A DNA stretch of 64,000 nucleotides from Gemmatimonadota bacterium. Lineage in GTDB: Bacteria > Gemmatimonadota > Gemmatimonadetes > Gemmatimonadales > GWC2-71-9. Of this stretch, positions 29,939 to 38,724 are shown piece by piece. Position 1 is the stretch's first letter. Each line of letters opens with the position of its first letter. The position numbers were made by a program, and so were the translations under genes. Below the pieces are notes generated by a model. That model searched no databases. It was not told where the DNA came from and saw only the letters and a list, made by a program, of their open reading frames with translations. The stretch spans positions 32,001-96,000 of the forward strand of contig JBDHDE010000002.1 of NCBI GenBank assembly GCA_039591655.1. Reading direction: 5' to 3'.

Positions 29939-31243
29939 TCACACCGCGGCCAACATCGGGCGGCGAGCACCCTCGGTGTAGGCCTCGAATTCGTTCCGGA
30001 ACTTGCTGACTGCGCTCATAGCCACAGCGGCACAGGAGTCACTGAGCACGCAGATGGTCTTGCCCGTCATCTGCTCGCCCAGGTCCATGAGCAGATCGAG
30101 GTCCCGCGTCTCCCCCTCACCCGCGAGGATCTTCTGCAGGATGCGCACGGTCCATCCGGTGCCCTCCCGGCACTGCGTGCACTGGGCACAGGACTCGTGG
30201 GCATAGAACCTAGCCGTACGCATCGTCTGGTACACCATGTCGGCGGTCTCGTCGAATACGATCACTCCGCCCGAGCCCAGCATGGTCCCGACCTCCACGC
30301 AGCCCTCGTAATCGAGCACGCACGCCTCGGCTTCCTCGCGATTGAGGTACGGCACCGACGACCCTCCAGGCACCACCGCCTTGAGCGCTCCGTGTTGCAC
30401 CCCGCCACACAGGTCGTAGATCAGGTCCTTGAGCGGGAAGCCCATCTCAACTTCGAAGTTCCCGGGCTTGTTCACCTGCCCACACACGCTGAGCAGCTTG
30501 GTGCCCGTACTCTTGGGATTCGAGAGGCTCAGCGACTTGTACCACTGGGCTCCCCGGTTGATGATGTGCAGCACCGAGGCGAGCGTCTCGACGTTGTTGA
30601 TGGTGGTGGGTCGGCCGAACACGCCGTACGCGGCCGGGAACGGTGGCCGGATCCGTGGATTGCCGCGCTTGCCCTCGATGGAGTTCATCAGCGCGGTCTC
30701 CTCACCACAGATGTACGCCCCCGCACCCCGGTGGATGTACATGTCCAGGCGCTTCCCTTTCCCCATCGCGTTCTTCCCCAGCACACCCTTGGCATAGGCC
30801 TCATCGAGGGCCTGCTGCATCACGGCTATGGGCTCGGTGAACTCGCCCCGGATGTAGATGTAGGTGATCTCGGCCTGGATGGCGTACTGCGCGATGGCCG
30901 CCCCCTCGATGAGCGCATGGGGCGTCCACCGCATGATCTCGCGGTCCTTGAAGGTGCCTGGCTCGGACTCATCGGCATTGGCACATAGATAGTGGGGGCC
31001 CTTCCTCTCCTTGGGCATGAAGCCCCATTTCACCCCGGCCGGGAACCCGGCGCCCCCACGCCCGCGTAGTCCGGACTCCCTCACTTCAGTGATGACATCC
31101 TGCGGGTCCATGGAGAGCGCCTTCTCCAACGCCTGGTACCCGCCTCGCTTGATCCACCCGTCGTACGTGCGGGCCTCGGGATCGCCGAAGTGCTCGCTGA
31201 GAACGCGTGTTTCCTTGGGATGTGGCTCGTGCGGATAGCCCAT
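29939..31243 (-). CDS. nuoF: NADH-quinone oxidoreductase subunit F
   Basis: GLRGRGGAGF, NADESEPG, GAGAYICGEETAL, ESCAQCTQCREG. Confidence 0.96.
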   Translation of the reverse strand: MGYPHEPHPKETRVLSEHFGDPEARTYDGWIKRGGYQALEKALSMDPQDVITEVRESGLRGRGGAGFPAGVKWGFMPKERKGPHYLCANADESEPGTFKDREIMRWTPHALIEGAAIAQYAIQAEITYIYIRGEFTEPIAVMQQALDEAYAKGVLGKNAMGKGKRLDMYIHRGAGAYICGEETALMNSIEGKRGNPRIRPPFPAAYGVFGRPTTINNVETLASVLHIINRGAQWYKSLSLSNPKSTGTKLLSVCGQVNKPGNFEVEMGFPLKDLIYDLCGGVQHGALKAVVPGGSSVPYLNREEAEACVLDYEGCVEVGTMLGSGGVIVFDETADMVYQTMRTARFYAHESCAQCTQCREGTGWTVRILQKILAGEGETRDLDLLMDLGEQMTGKTICVLSDSCAAVAMSAVSKFRNEFEAYTEGARRPMLAAV

Positions 31244-31271
31244 TACGCCCCCTGCCCCGCGCCGCCCCGGC

Positions 31272-31766
31272 TCACTGGTACCTCTGCAGGAGCTCTGGCA
31301 CCGATTCCGGTGTCACGCTCTCGATGAAGTCGTCGTTGACCATCACCGGCGTGGGGAATCCGCACGCTCCGAGGCATTCGACCTCGATGACTGTGTACTT
31401 CCCATCGGGCGAGGTGGCGCCCAACTCCCCGCAGCCGGTGTGCTCCAGGAACGCGCTCACCACGTCCTCGGCACCCACCACGTTGCAGCACGTTGTCGTA
31501 CACACTTGGATGAAGTGCGTCCCAACCGGGTGCTGGTGATACATGGTGTAGAACGTCACCACACCCTTCACGTAGGCCGGGGTGAGATCCAGCACCTCGG
31601 CCACCTCCGCCATCGCTTCGTCGGAGATCCAGCCGCGCGCCTGCTGCACCATCCACAGCGCGGGCAGCAGCCCGGCGGCCTTCGCCTCGTACCGCTGCAG
31701 GATCTCCTCGATCTGCTTCCGTCGCTTGCCCGTGAACACGGGCTCGTAAGTCGTCGTCTCGTGCAT
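31272..31766 (-). CDS. nuoE: NADH-quinone oxidoreductase subunit E
   Basis: VTFYTMY, VCTTTCC, ECLGAC 2Fe-2S ligands. Confidence 0.93.
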   Translation of the reverse strand: MHETTTYEPVFTGKRRKQIEEILQRYEAKAAGLLPALWMVQQARGWISDEAMAEVAEVLDLTPAYVKGVVTFYTMYHQHPVGTHFIQVCTTTCCNVVGAEDVVSAFLEHTGCGELGATSPDGKYTVIEVECLGACGFPTPVMVNDDFIESVTPESVPELLQRYQ

Positions 31767-31794
31767 CACTCGTTTCCGCCCCGGCCCAAGGCCC

Positions 31795-33081
31795 CTAGCG
31801 GTCGATCTCTCCCAATACGATATCCACGCTGGCATTGATCGCGATCAGATCGGCCAGCAGGTGCCCTTCGGCCATCTTGGGCAGCGCCGCCAGATTGATG
31901 AGCGACGGCGGCCGGATACGCCACCGAACGGGCTTCGCCGTTCCGTCGGACACGAAGTAGGTGCCCAGCTCCCCTTTGCCGTTCTCGATGGGGAAGTACA
32001 CCTCCCCAACCGGGGCCGGCACGCCTTCCATGACCTGCTTGAAGTGGAAGATCATCGCCTCCATGTCCGACATGGCGGCACTCTTGGGAGGCAGGATCAC
32101 CCGCGGATCGGCCGCGTTGATCGGTCCGTCCGGCAGACGGTCCAGCGCCTGCTCCAGGATGCGGACCGACTGCCGCATCTCCTCCATCCGAATGAGGTAG
32201 CGGTCGTAGACGTCGCCGTGCTCGCCGATGGGCACGTCGAAGTCGTAGGTCTCGTAGTCGAGATACGGACGGTCCTTGCGCACGTCGTACGCGACCTCGC
32301 TGGCACGGAGCATGGGTCCAGAGAGGCCGTAGTTGATGGCATCCTCCGCGGACATCACCCCGACCCCCTGGCACCGGGAACACCAGATGGCGTTCTTGGT
32401 GAGGAGACGATCCACCTCGTCCAGCACGCCCGGGAAGCTCTTGCACCAGTCCCGCAGCCGGTCCTCGAAGCCGTCGGGAATGTCGGCCATCATCCCGCCC
32501 ACACGTGTGAGGCTCGTGGTGAGGCGGGCGCCAGTCCACTCCTCCTGCAGATCGTAGACCTTCTCGCGCTCCTGGAATGTCCACAGGAACGGCGTGAAGG
32601 CGCCGATGTCCACGGCGGTGGTTCCGAGCCAGACGATGTGCGAGATGATGCGGCTCAGCTCGCAGGCGATGACGCGGAGCACCTTGCACCGCTCGGTGAT
32701 CTCGATGCCCATGAGCTGCTCGGCGGCAAGTGCCAGCCCGACGTTGTTGGCCATGGGAGCGAGGTAGTCGGTTCGGTCGGTCAGCGGGATGATCTGATTG
32801 TAGTGCCGGTACTCGCCCAGCTTCTCGAAGCCCGAGTGCAGGTACCCGATGTGAGGTATCACCCGGACGACGACCTCGCCTTCGAGTTGGACCACGAGGC
32901 GCAGCACCCCGTGAGTCGCAGGATGCTGCGGCCCGATGTTGATCAACATATCTTCGGCCCTGAAGTCCGGCTCGCCGTCCTCTTCCGCCGCTCCCACCCC
33001 CAACGGGACGCGCACGGGCCGTCCCTGGGCGTCGACTCCCGTCGTCGCTACGTCGAGCTCGATCGTCCGCTTCTCACCCAT
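31795..33081 (-). CDS. nuoD: NADH-quinone oxidoreductase subunit D
   Basis: GPQHPATHGVLR, GYLH, DRTDY, GEIDR. Confidence 0.96.
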   Translation of the reverse strand: MGEKRTIELDVATTGVDAQGRPVRVPLGVGAAEEDGEPDFRAEDMLINIGPQHPATHGVLRLVVQLEGEVVVRVIPHIGYLHSGFEKLGEYRHYNQIIPLTDRTDYLAPMANNVGLALAAEQLMGIEITERCKVLRVIACELSRIISHIVWLGTTAVDIGAFTPFLWTFQEREKVYDLQEEWTGARLTTSLTRVGGMMADIPDGFEDRLRDWCKSFPGVLDEVDRLLTKNAIWCSRCQGVGVMSAEDAINYGLSGPMLRASEVAYDVRKDRPYLDYETYDFDVPIGEHGDVYDRYLIRMEEMRQSVRILEQALDRLPDGPINAADPRVILPPKSAAMSDMEAMIFHFKQVMEGVPAPVGEVYFPIENGKGELGTYFVSDGTAKPVRWRIRPPSLINLAALPKMAEGHLLADLIAINASVDIVLGEIDR

Positions 33082-33709
33082 TGTCGTGGTCCGCCTCTAG
33101 CTCGGGCACCTCGCCGCGCTCCCCCCTCACCAGCCGCTCCCGCACGTCGGCGGGGAGGTCGTGATGCGCCTGCACGATGGAGAGCTCCTCGAGCGAGTAG
33201 TGCGCCTCGGGATTGGCGTGCAGCGCGCGGCGGACCTGCTCCGACCGGGAGAAGCGGCCACGGAGCGGGAAGTCCTTCCGCAGCGGGTGACCTTCGTCGT
33301 ACGTCTCCCACATGAGCAGCCGCCGGAGATCGGGGTGCTCGCGGAAGGTGACACCGAACAGGTCGTACACTTCACGCTCGAGCCAATCGGCGGCGTGCCA
33401 CAGCGGGACCACGGAGTCGACCTCGAGGGCCTCGTCCTGGGGGAGCTCCACCTTGACCCGGAGGTCCATCCGCCGCTCGAGGGAGCGGAGCTCGTACATG
33501 ACCTCCATGGGGAGCTCGGGATCGCGGTACTCCACCGCGGTGAGGTCCACGAGGTAGTTGTAGTCCTCGCCCGGCGTCTCCTTGAGCCACTGGAGGACCT
33601 CCCGGAGACTCCCGCGATGCACGTAGACGATGGTCTGGCCGCAGGAAACGGTTGCGCGCCCGATCTTGTTGCCGTGGGCGCGCCGCAGGGATTCGACAGA
33701 GGGATTCAC
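33074..33709 (-). CDS. nuoC: NADH-quinone oxidoreductase subunit C
   Basis: WLEREVYDLFG..HPDLRR, GHPLRKDFP. Confidence 0.95.
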   Translation of the reverse strand: MNPSVESLRRAHGNKIGRATVSCGQTIVYVHRGSLREVLQWLKETPGEDYNYLVDLTAVEYRDPELPMEVMYELRSLERRMDLRVKVELPQDEALEVDSVVPLWHAADWLEREVYDLFGVTFREHPDLRRLLMWETYDEGHPLRKDFPLRGRFSRSEQVRRALHANPEAHYSLEELSIVQAHHDLPADVRERLVRGERGEVPELEADHDNG

Positions 33710-33716
33710 AGGGTCG

Positions 33717-34331
33717 CTACGCTGAGCGTGTCTGATGGACCGAGTTGCCGAACGGCTCCGACAGCTCGTCGACCAGCCGCGGCGGGATCCTCAAGTTCCC
33801 CCGCTCGAGGGGACGCTCTACCCGGAGGGTCGGGTCGGCCAGCGTCTCTCCCCTGATCTTCTTGTGCAACAGCAGGATGCCGTAGAGCAGCCCCTCGGGC
33901 CGCGGCGGGCAGCCGGGCACGTACACGTCCACCGGCACTACCGTGTCGATCCCTTGCACCATCGCGTAGGTGTCAAAGATCCCGCCGGTTGAGGCGCAGG
34001 CTCCCATGGAGATCACCCACTTGGGCTGCGGCATCTGGTCGTAGATCCGCCGAATCACCGGCGCCAGCTTGAACGGGAGTCGCCCAGCGCAGAGCAGAAC
34101 GTCAGCTTGCCGGGGCGTGTAGCCCAACCGCTCCATGCCGAAGCGGGACAGATCGAACCGGCTGGCCGCCGTGGCCATGAACTCGATGGCGCAACAGGCG
34201 GTTCCGAAGGGCATCGGCCAGAGGCTGCTCGACCGCGCCCAGTTGACCAAGAAGTCGAGACGGGTGGTCACCCAGTTCGGGGAGATCTGCGAGACTACCG
34301 ACGAGGTCTCGGGAGGGGCGGTCAGTGCCAT
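33717..34331 (-). CDS. nuoB: NADH-quinone oxidoreductase subunit B
   Basis: [21 protein letters not shown]. Confidence 0.96.
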   Translation of the reverse strand: MALTAPPETSSVVSQISPNWVTTRLDFLVNWARSSSLWPMPFGTACCAIEFMATAASRFDLSRFGMERLGYTPRQADVLLCAGRLPFKLAPVIRRIYDQMPQPKWVISMGACASTGGIFDTYAMVQGIDTVVPVDVYVPGCPPRPEGLLYGILLLHKKIRGETLADPTLRVERPLERGNLRIPPRLVDELSEPFGNSVHQTRSA

Positions 34332-34690
34332 TCCAGCGCTCCCCGCTTCCAGGCGTATATGAACCCCACCAAGAGGATGATTACGAATACGAGCATCTCA
34401 ATGAGCCCGAACAACCCGAGCTGCCGGAACGCCACCCCCCAAGGGATCATGAACACCGTCTCCAGATCGAAGACGATGAAGAGCATCGCAACCAGGTAGA
34501 ACTTGACGCTGAACCGGGACCACGTGCTGCCGAGGGGCGGCATGCCCGATTCGTACGGCGTCAGCTTGATTGGAGTCGCGGTCGCCCCGGGGTACAGGTG
34601 GGACAGGATGAGAATCGCCAGAGCCGTCATCACCACGAAGGCGATCAGAAGAAAGAGAGGGATGTATTGTTGTAGCACCGGACCGTGCAC
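34322..34690 (-). CDS. nuoA: NADH-quinone oxidoreductase subunit A
   Basis: [27 protein letters not shown]; exact start uncertain. Confidence 0.94.
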   Translation of the reverse strand: MHGPVLQQYIPLFLLIAFVVMTALAILILSHLYPGATATPIKLTPYESGMPPLGSTWSRFSVKFYLVAMLFIVFDLETVFMIPWGVAFRQLGLFGLIEMLVFVIILLVGFIYAWKRGALEWH

Positions 34691-34729
34691 TCGCGAAACG
34701 CGTTCACGTTCATCGGATTTCGGGCGTGG

Positions 34730-34759
34730 AAGTTACCCAGGCCTCCGGAGCAGTGTCAA
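34730..34759 (-). promoter_or_regulatory. sigma70-type promoter of the nuo operon
   Basis: Perfect TTGACA, 18 bp spacer, TAACTT, about 40 nt upstream of nuoA. Confidence 0.65.
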
Positions 34760-34882
34760 GCAAGCCTAAGGTAGCGCAGCAGAAATGCTTACATATCTTT
34801 CCGTGGGCCGCCGAGCGTCGGCCGCGCCTGCGTCGCGCGGGGGCGAGCGCACCCACCCAGAACCCGCTTGGAAGGAAGGTTC

Positions 34883-35443
34883 ATGTCGATCAAGTCCGAC
34901 CGTTGGATCCGCCACATGGCACAGGAGCACGGCATGATCGAGCCGTTCGCCGAATCACAGGTGCGGGCTGGGGCCATCAGCTACGGCGTGTCGTCGTACG
35001 GCTACGACATGCGCGTGGCCCGCGAGTTTCGCATCTTCACGAACGTTCATTCGCCGGTGGTGGACCCAAAGGATTTCGACGCGAGGTCGCTGGTCGACTA
35101 TGAGGGCGACAATTGCATCATCCCACCGAACTCTTTCGCGCTCGCGCGTTCGGTGGAGTACTTCCGTATTCCGCGCAACGTGCTCACGATTTGCGTCGGG
35201 AAGAGCACGTACGCCCGCTGCGGCATCATCACGAACGTGACACCGTTCGAGCCGGAATGGGAGGGCCACGTGACCCTGGAGATCTCCAATACGACACCGC
35301 TCCCCGCCAGGATCTACGCCGAGGAGGGCATCGCTCAGGTGCTGTTCTTCGAGGCCGACGCGGATGACGAGTGCGAGGTGTCGTACGGCGACCGCAAGGG
35401 GAAGTACCAGGCCCAGCGCGGGGTCACGCTGCCCAAGCTCTAG
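34883..35443 (+). CDS. dcd: dCTP deaminase
   Basis: [57 protein letters not shown]. Confidence 0.95.
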   Translation: MSIKSDRWIRHMAQEHGMIEPFAESQVRAGAISYGVSSYGYDMRVAREFRIFTNVHSPVVDPKDFDARSLVDYEGDNCIIPPNSFALARSVEYFRIPRNVLTICVGKSTYARCGIITNVTPFEPEWEGHVTLEISNTTPLPARIYAEEGIAQVLFFEADADDECEVSYGDRKGKYQAQRGVTLPKL

Positions 35444-35455
35444 GGTAGAGGCGAA

Positions 35456-36415
35456 ATGGCACTCGTTCGGTGTCCGATCCACAAGATCCCCTACAACGAC
35501 GAGAACCCTCGTGGCTGCCCGGCGTGCGCGCTCGAAAAGGAGGGAGCCGGGGAGGCCCGTATCATGCAGGAGCTGGCAAAGGCCTCACAACCCGCCCGGC
35601 GGGTGAGCTCGCCGGAGGTCGCCCCCCCACCCGAGGAGCCAGCCCTCCCGCAGGAGCCGTCTCCCTTCGAGCCGATTTGGGAGGAGCCCCTCGAGGAGGA
35701 GAGCCGGCTCCGCGCGTGGAGGCGGGCACTCGTGGGCCCGCGCGGCCTCGCCATCGGGGCGGGGATCATCGTGGTGCTGGCGGTGACGCTGTACCTCACG
35801 ACGCGGCCGCGTTTCGTGGCGCAGGCTCATCCCGCGGCCGCCGTCGACCAGGACGTGCGTCCGCTGCCCATCGAGCCGGGAGCCCCGGTGACCATGGTCT
35901 TTGCCCTCCTGGGCACCCAGGCGCCCCGGCCCGTGCCGGATGAACCCCGACTCGCCCGCTACTCGTATGGCACCGACCTCGAGGTGGACGTCATCAATGA
36001 GGCAGTCTACGCCGTCACCTTCAGCGTGCCGAATCGGAGCTGGCGGGGTCTGCGCGCCGGTGTGCCGGAGCAGACGGCCCGGGGCACCCTGGCACTGCTC
36101 GGGACGCCCGAGGAGGTAACCCGAGGCTCACCGGCGACGCCCGAGCTGAGGGGGAGTTATCTCGTCTATCCGTCCCTAGAACAGCGGCCGCGGCGCACGC
36201 TCCGGGCCGAGGTCCGCCCGCCCAACGGCTGCTTTGACGTCCTGGTGGACCTCCAGCCGCGGGCCGCGGGCTTGCTGCTGCAAGAGGGCAATCGATACGC
36301 AGTGGTGGGCCGCGGTGAGGAGCCGCTGGAGTGGGCCATCACCCGCGTCCGCGTGGTGGATCGCTCGGTCAGCGGCCCCTACGCCGACGGGCCGGCCTGT
36401 CAAGGAGGAGGATAG
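35456..36415 (+). CDS. Hypothetical bitopic membrane protein with an N-terminal CxxH/CxxC zinc-finger-like motif
   Basis: GAGG RBS, 12 nt after dcd; CPIH-x11-CPAC, Pro/Glu-rich linker, one TM helix, C-terminal extracytoplasmic domain. Confidence 0.75.
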   Translation: MALVRCPIHKIPYNDENPRGCPACALEKEGAGEARIMQELAKASQPARRVSSPEVAPPPEEPALPQEPSPFEPIWEEPLEEESRLRAWRRALVGPRGLAIGAGIIVVLAVTLYLTTRPRFVAQAHPAAAVDQDVRPLPIEPGAPVTMVFALLGTQAPRPVPDEPRLARYSYGTDLEVDVINEAVYAVTFSVPNRSWRGLRAGVPEQTARGTLALLGTPEEVTRGSPATPELRGSYLVYPSLEQRPRRTLRAEVRPPNGCFDVLVDLQPRAAGLLLQEGNRYAVVGRGEEPLEWAITRVRVVDRSVSGPYADGPACQGGG

Positions 36416-36419
36416 AGCC

Positions 36420-37142
36420 GTGACGACGACCGAACAGACCTGGGGACCCTGGAAGCTCGCCTTGCGGGTGATCGACGAGCCGGTGGAGGTATTCCGCCAA
36501 CTGGCGGTGCGGCCCGCGGTGTGGGCGCCCATCGTCACGATGGTGATCGTGGTGGCGCTCACGAGCTTCACCATGCCCTCCGAGCCGATTGCCCAGGCCA
36601 CCCGCACGCAAATGGAGGCGGCGCAGCGGCGGGCGCCCGACCAGATCACCGACGAGGCCATCGAGGAGCGCGTGGAGCTCGCCACCAGCACGAGGGGACG
36701 CGCCATCTCGCTGGCGAGCCAGGTAGTGATCTACCTGCTCGGCTTCGCGGTGGTGGCCGCCGTCCTGATGCTCGTCTTCGGGGCAGTCGGAAGCGAGCCC
36801 CTGAAGTTCAAGGACGAGTTCGCCATCGTCACACACGCGTTCATGCCGCAACTGTTGGGCTTCATCCTCATCGTGCTGCTGACCCGCTTCGCGGGGATCG
36901 AGCAGCTGAGCCTCTCGCTCGGTTTCCTGTTCGACAGCGAGTCGTCGCTCTTCATGCACAACCTCGGCAACCAGTTCACCCTCTTCGGGACCTGGAACAT
37001 GGTCCTGCTGGCCCTGGGCAACCAGATTCGCACCGGGGCGAAGACCCTCGGCGGACCGCTGGCCATAGTGGGCGGGCTCTGGGTGCTGTTGAACGTGGTG
37101 CTCGGCGCGATGGTGACATTCCTGGCAGGGCTGGCGGGCTAG
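36420..37142 (+). CDS. Yip1 family membrane protein
   Basis: GTG start after AGGAGG; N-terminal VIDEPVEVFRQL..P.W helix typical of Yip1, followed by about 5 TM segments. Confidence 0.7.
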   Translation: MTTTEQTWGPWKLALRVIDEPVEVFRQLAVRPAVWAPIVTMVIVVALTSFTMPSEPIAQATRTQMEAAQRRAPDQITDEAIEERVELATSTRGRAISLASQVVIYLLGFAVVAAVLMLVFGAVGSEPLKFKDEFAIVTHAFMPQLLGFILIVLLTRFAGIEQLSLSLGFLFDSESSLFMHNLGNQFTLFGTWNMVLLALGNQIRTGAKTLGGPLAIVGGLWVLLNVVLGAMVTFLAGLAG

Positions 37143-37180
37143 CCGCCCGGCGCTCGACCCCCGGGAGGGGGCAAACGGCC

Positions 37181-37218
37181 ACCGCCCCTCCACCCAAGCC
37201 ATGGGGTGGAGGGGCGGT
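37181..37218. terminator. Perfect 15-bp stem hairpin between convergent genes (probable terminator)
   Basis: ACCGCCCCTCCACCC-8 nt loop-GGGTGGAGGGGCGGT; no strong U-tract. Confidence 0.65.
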
Positions 37219-37244
37219 CCCTTCTCGCTTCAGCCTCCCGGCGT

Positions 37245-37643
37245 CTACTCGATGGTGAACGTCATCGTGTGTAGCACGTTGCCCGCGGTGTCCCGCACCG
37301 TGACCGTCCACTCACCCTTCCACTCCGCCACGATCTTCTTGCTGCTGTAGGTGCGCCACGGAGAGCCGCCGATCTGGAGCGGCACGACCCACTCGTACCC
37401 GGCGAAGCTCCACACGTGCTCCAGGGCCATGCCTTCGGCGCCGGTCACCTTGGTCCAGCACCATAGGGTCTCGACGTCGGCCGAGAAGGTCGAGCCGGTG
37501 TCCACCGGCATGCGATCCACCACCTCCCGCGCGATCACTCCCTCGACGGTGATCGCGGACTCCTGGGCGCCGAGGGGTGCCGAAAGCCCCCCGAGCACGA
37601 GCGGCAGCACCAGGAGCAAGACTGCGCGTCTGATCGTCTTCAT
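37245..37643 (-). CDS. Secreted DUF2914-like Ig-fold protein
   Basis: Signal peptide; CWTKV, HVW, WRTYSSK and GEWTVTVRD pattern; GGAGG RBS. Confidence 0.8.
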   Translation of the reverse strand: MKTIRRAVLLLVLPLVLGGLSAPLGAQESAITVEGVIAREVVDRMPVDTGSTFSADVETLWCWTKVTGAEGMALEHVWSFAGYEWVVPLQIGGSPWRTYSSKKIVAEWKGEWTVTVRDTAGNVLHTMTFTIE

Positions 37644-37749
37644 TGGTGACCTCCGCTGACAGGTTATCTGGGCGCACAGCGCGCTGGCGAACGCGTACAC
37701 TCAAAGCTATCTTCGCCCCGCAAACGAGCAAAGCACGGAGGATCAACGG

Positions 37750-38658
37750 ATGCTACGGTCACACCTCATTGCGGTGATCGGCGTCACATTTGCCCTCACG
37801 GCGTGCGGCGGCGGCGGGCGCAGCGATGGGGGCAGCCAGCCCATCGCCGTCTCCGGGGTCGGCTTCGCAACGCCGGAATCGCTGCTGCACGACGCCACCG
37901 CGGACGTCTACCTCGTCTCCAACATCAACGGCTCCCCGCTCGCCAAGGACGACAACGGATTCATCTCCCGCCTGGCGCCCGACGGCAGCGTGCTCGAGCT
38001 CAAGTGGATCGATGGCGCGGCCCCCGACGTCACCCTCCACGCCCCCAAGGGCACCGCATTGAAGGGCGACACCCTGATCGTCGCAGACATCGATGTGGTG
38101 CGGCTGTTCGACCGGCTCAGCGGCGCCCCCATCGGGCAGTGGGCCGTGGCCGGAGCCACATTCCTGAACGACGTCGCGGTCGGACCGGACGGCACGGTCT
38201 ACGTGACCGACAGCGGGTTCGAGGCGGGTGACGAGGGCTTCGCCCCCAGCGGCACAGACGCGGTGCACAAGTTCGATGCGGAGGGCCAGGCCGCGGCCCT
38301 GGTGAGCGGCGCGGCGCTAGGGGGACCCAACGGCATCGTGGTGGACGGCGCCCGCGTGATGATCGTGACCTTCGGGACGGGTCGGGTCATCCTGGTTCAG
38401 CGGGAGGCGGGCACGATCAGCGGCCTGCCGGCCCCGCCGACCGGCCAGCTCGACGGGGTCGTGAAGGTGGCCGACGGCCAGTTCCTCATATCGAGCTGGG
38501 AAGGCCAGGCCGTCTACCGCCTGGGCGCCGGCGGGGTGTACACGACAGAGGTGGACTCGGTGGAGGCGCCAGCCGACATCGGGTTCGACGCCACCCGACG
38601 CCGGGTGCTGATCCCGCTATTCATGGCACACGAGGTCTTGATTCGGCCGGTGGAGTAG
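37750..38658 (+). CDS. SMP-30/gluconolactonase-like beta-propeller lipoprotein
   Basis: Lipobox LTAC; TPES, LHAPKG, FLNDV, YVTDSG, GPNGI, LDG and PADIG blades; GGAGG RBS. Confidence 0.8.
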   Translation: MLRSHLIAVIGVTFALTACGGGGRSDGGSQPIAVSGVGFATPESLLHDATADVYLVSNINGSPLAKDDNGFISRLAPDGSVLELKWIDGAAPDVTLHAPKGTALKGDTLIVADIDVVRLFDRLSGAPIGQWAVAGATFLNDVAVGPDGTVYVTDSGFEAGDEGFAPSGTDAVHKFDAEGQAAALVSGAALGGPNGIVVDGARVMIVTFGTGRVILVQREAGTISGLPAPPTGQLDGVVKVADGQFLISSWEGQAVYRLGAGGVYTTEVDSVEAPADIGFDATRRRVLIPLFMAHEVLIRPVE

Positions 38659-38724
38659 GCCGGGGGGTAGGCCAGCGGGAAGGGGGAATGAAGAAAGCGA
38701 GGGGGCGGGCCTCACCCGCGAGCG

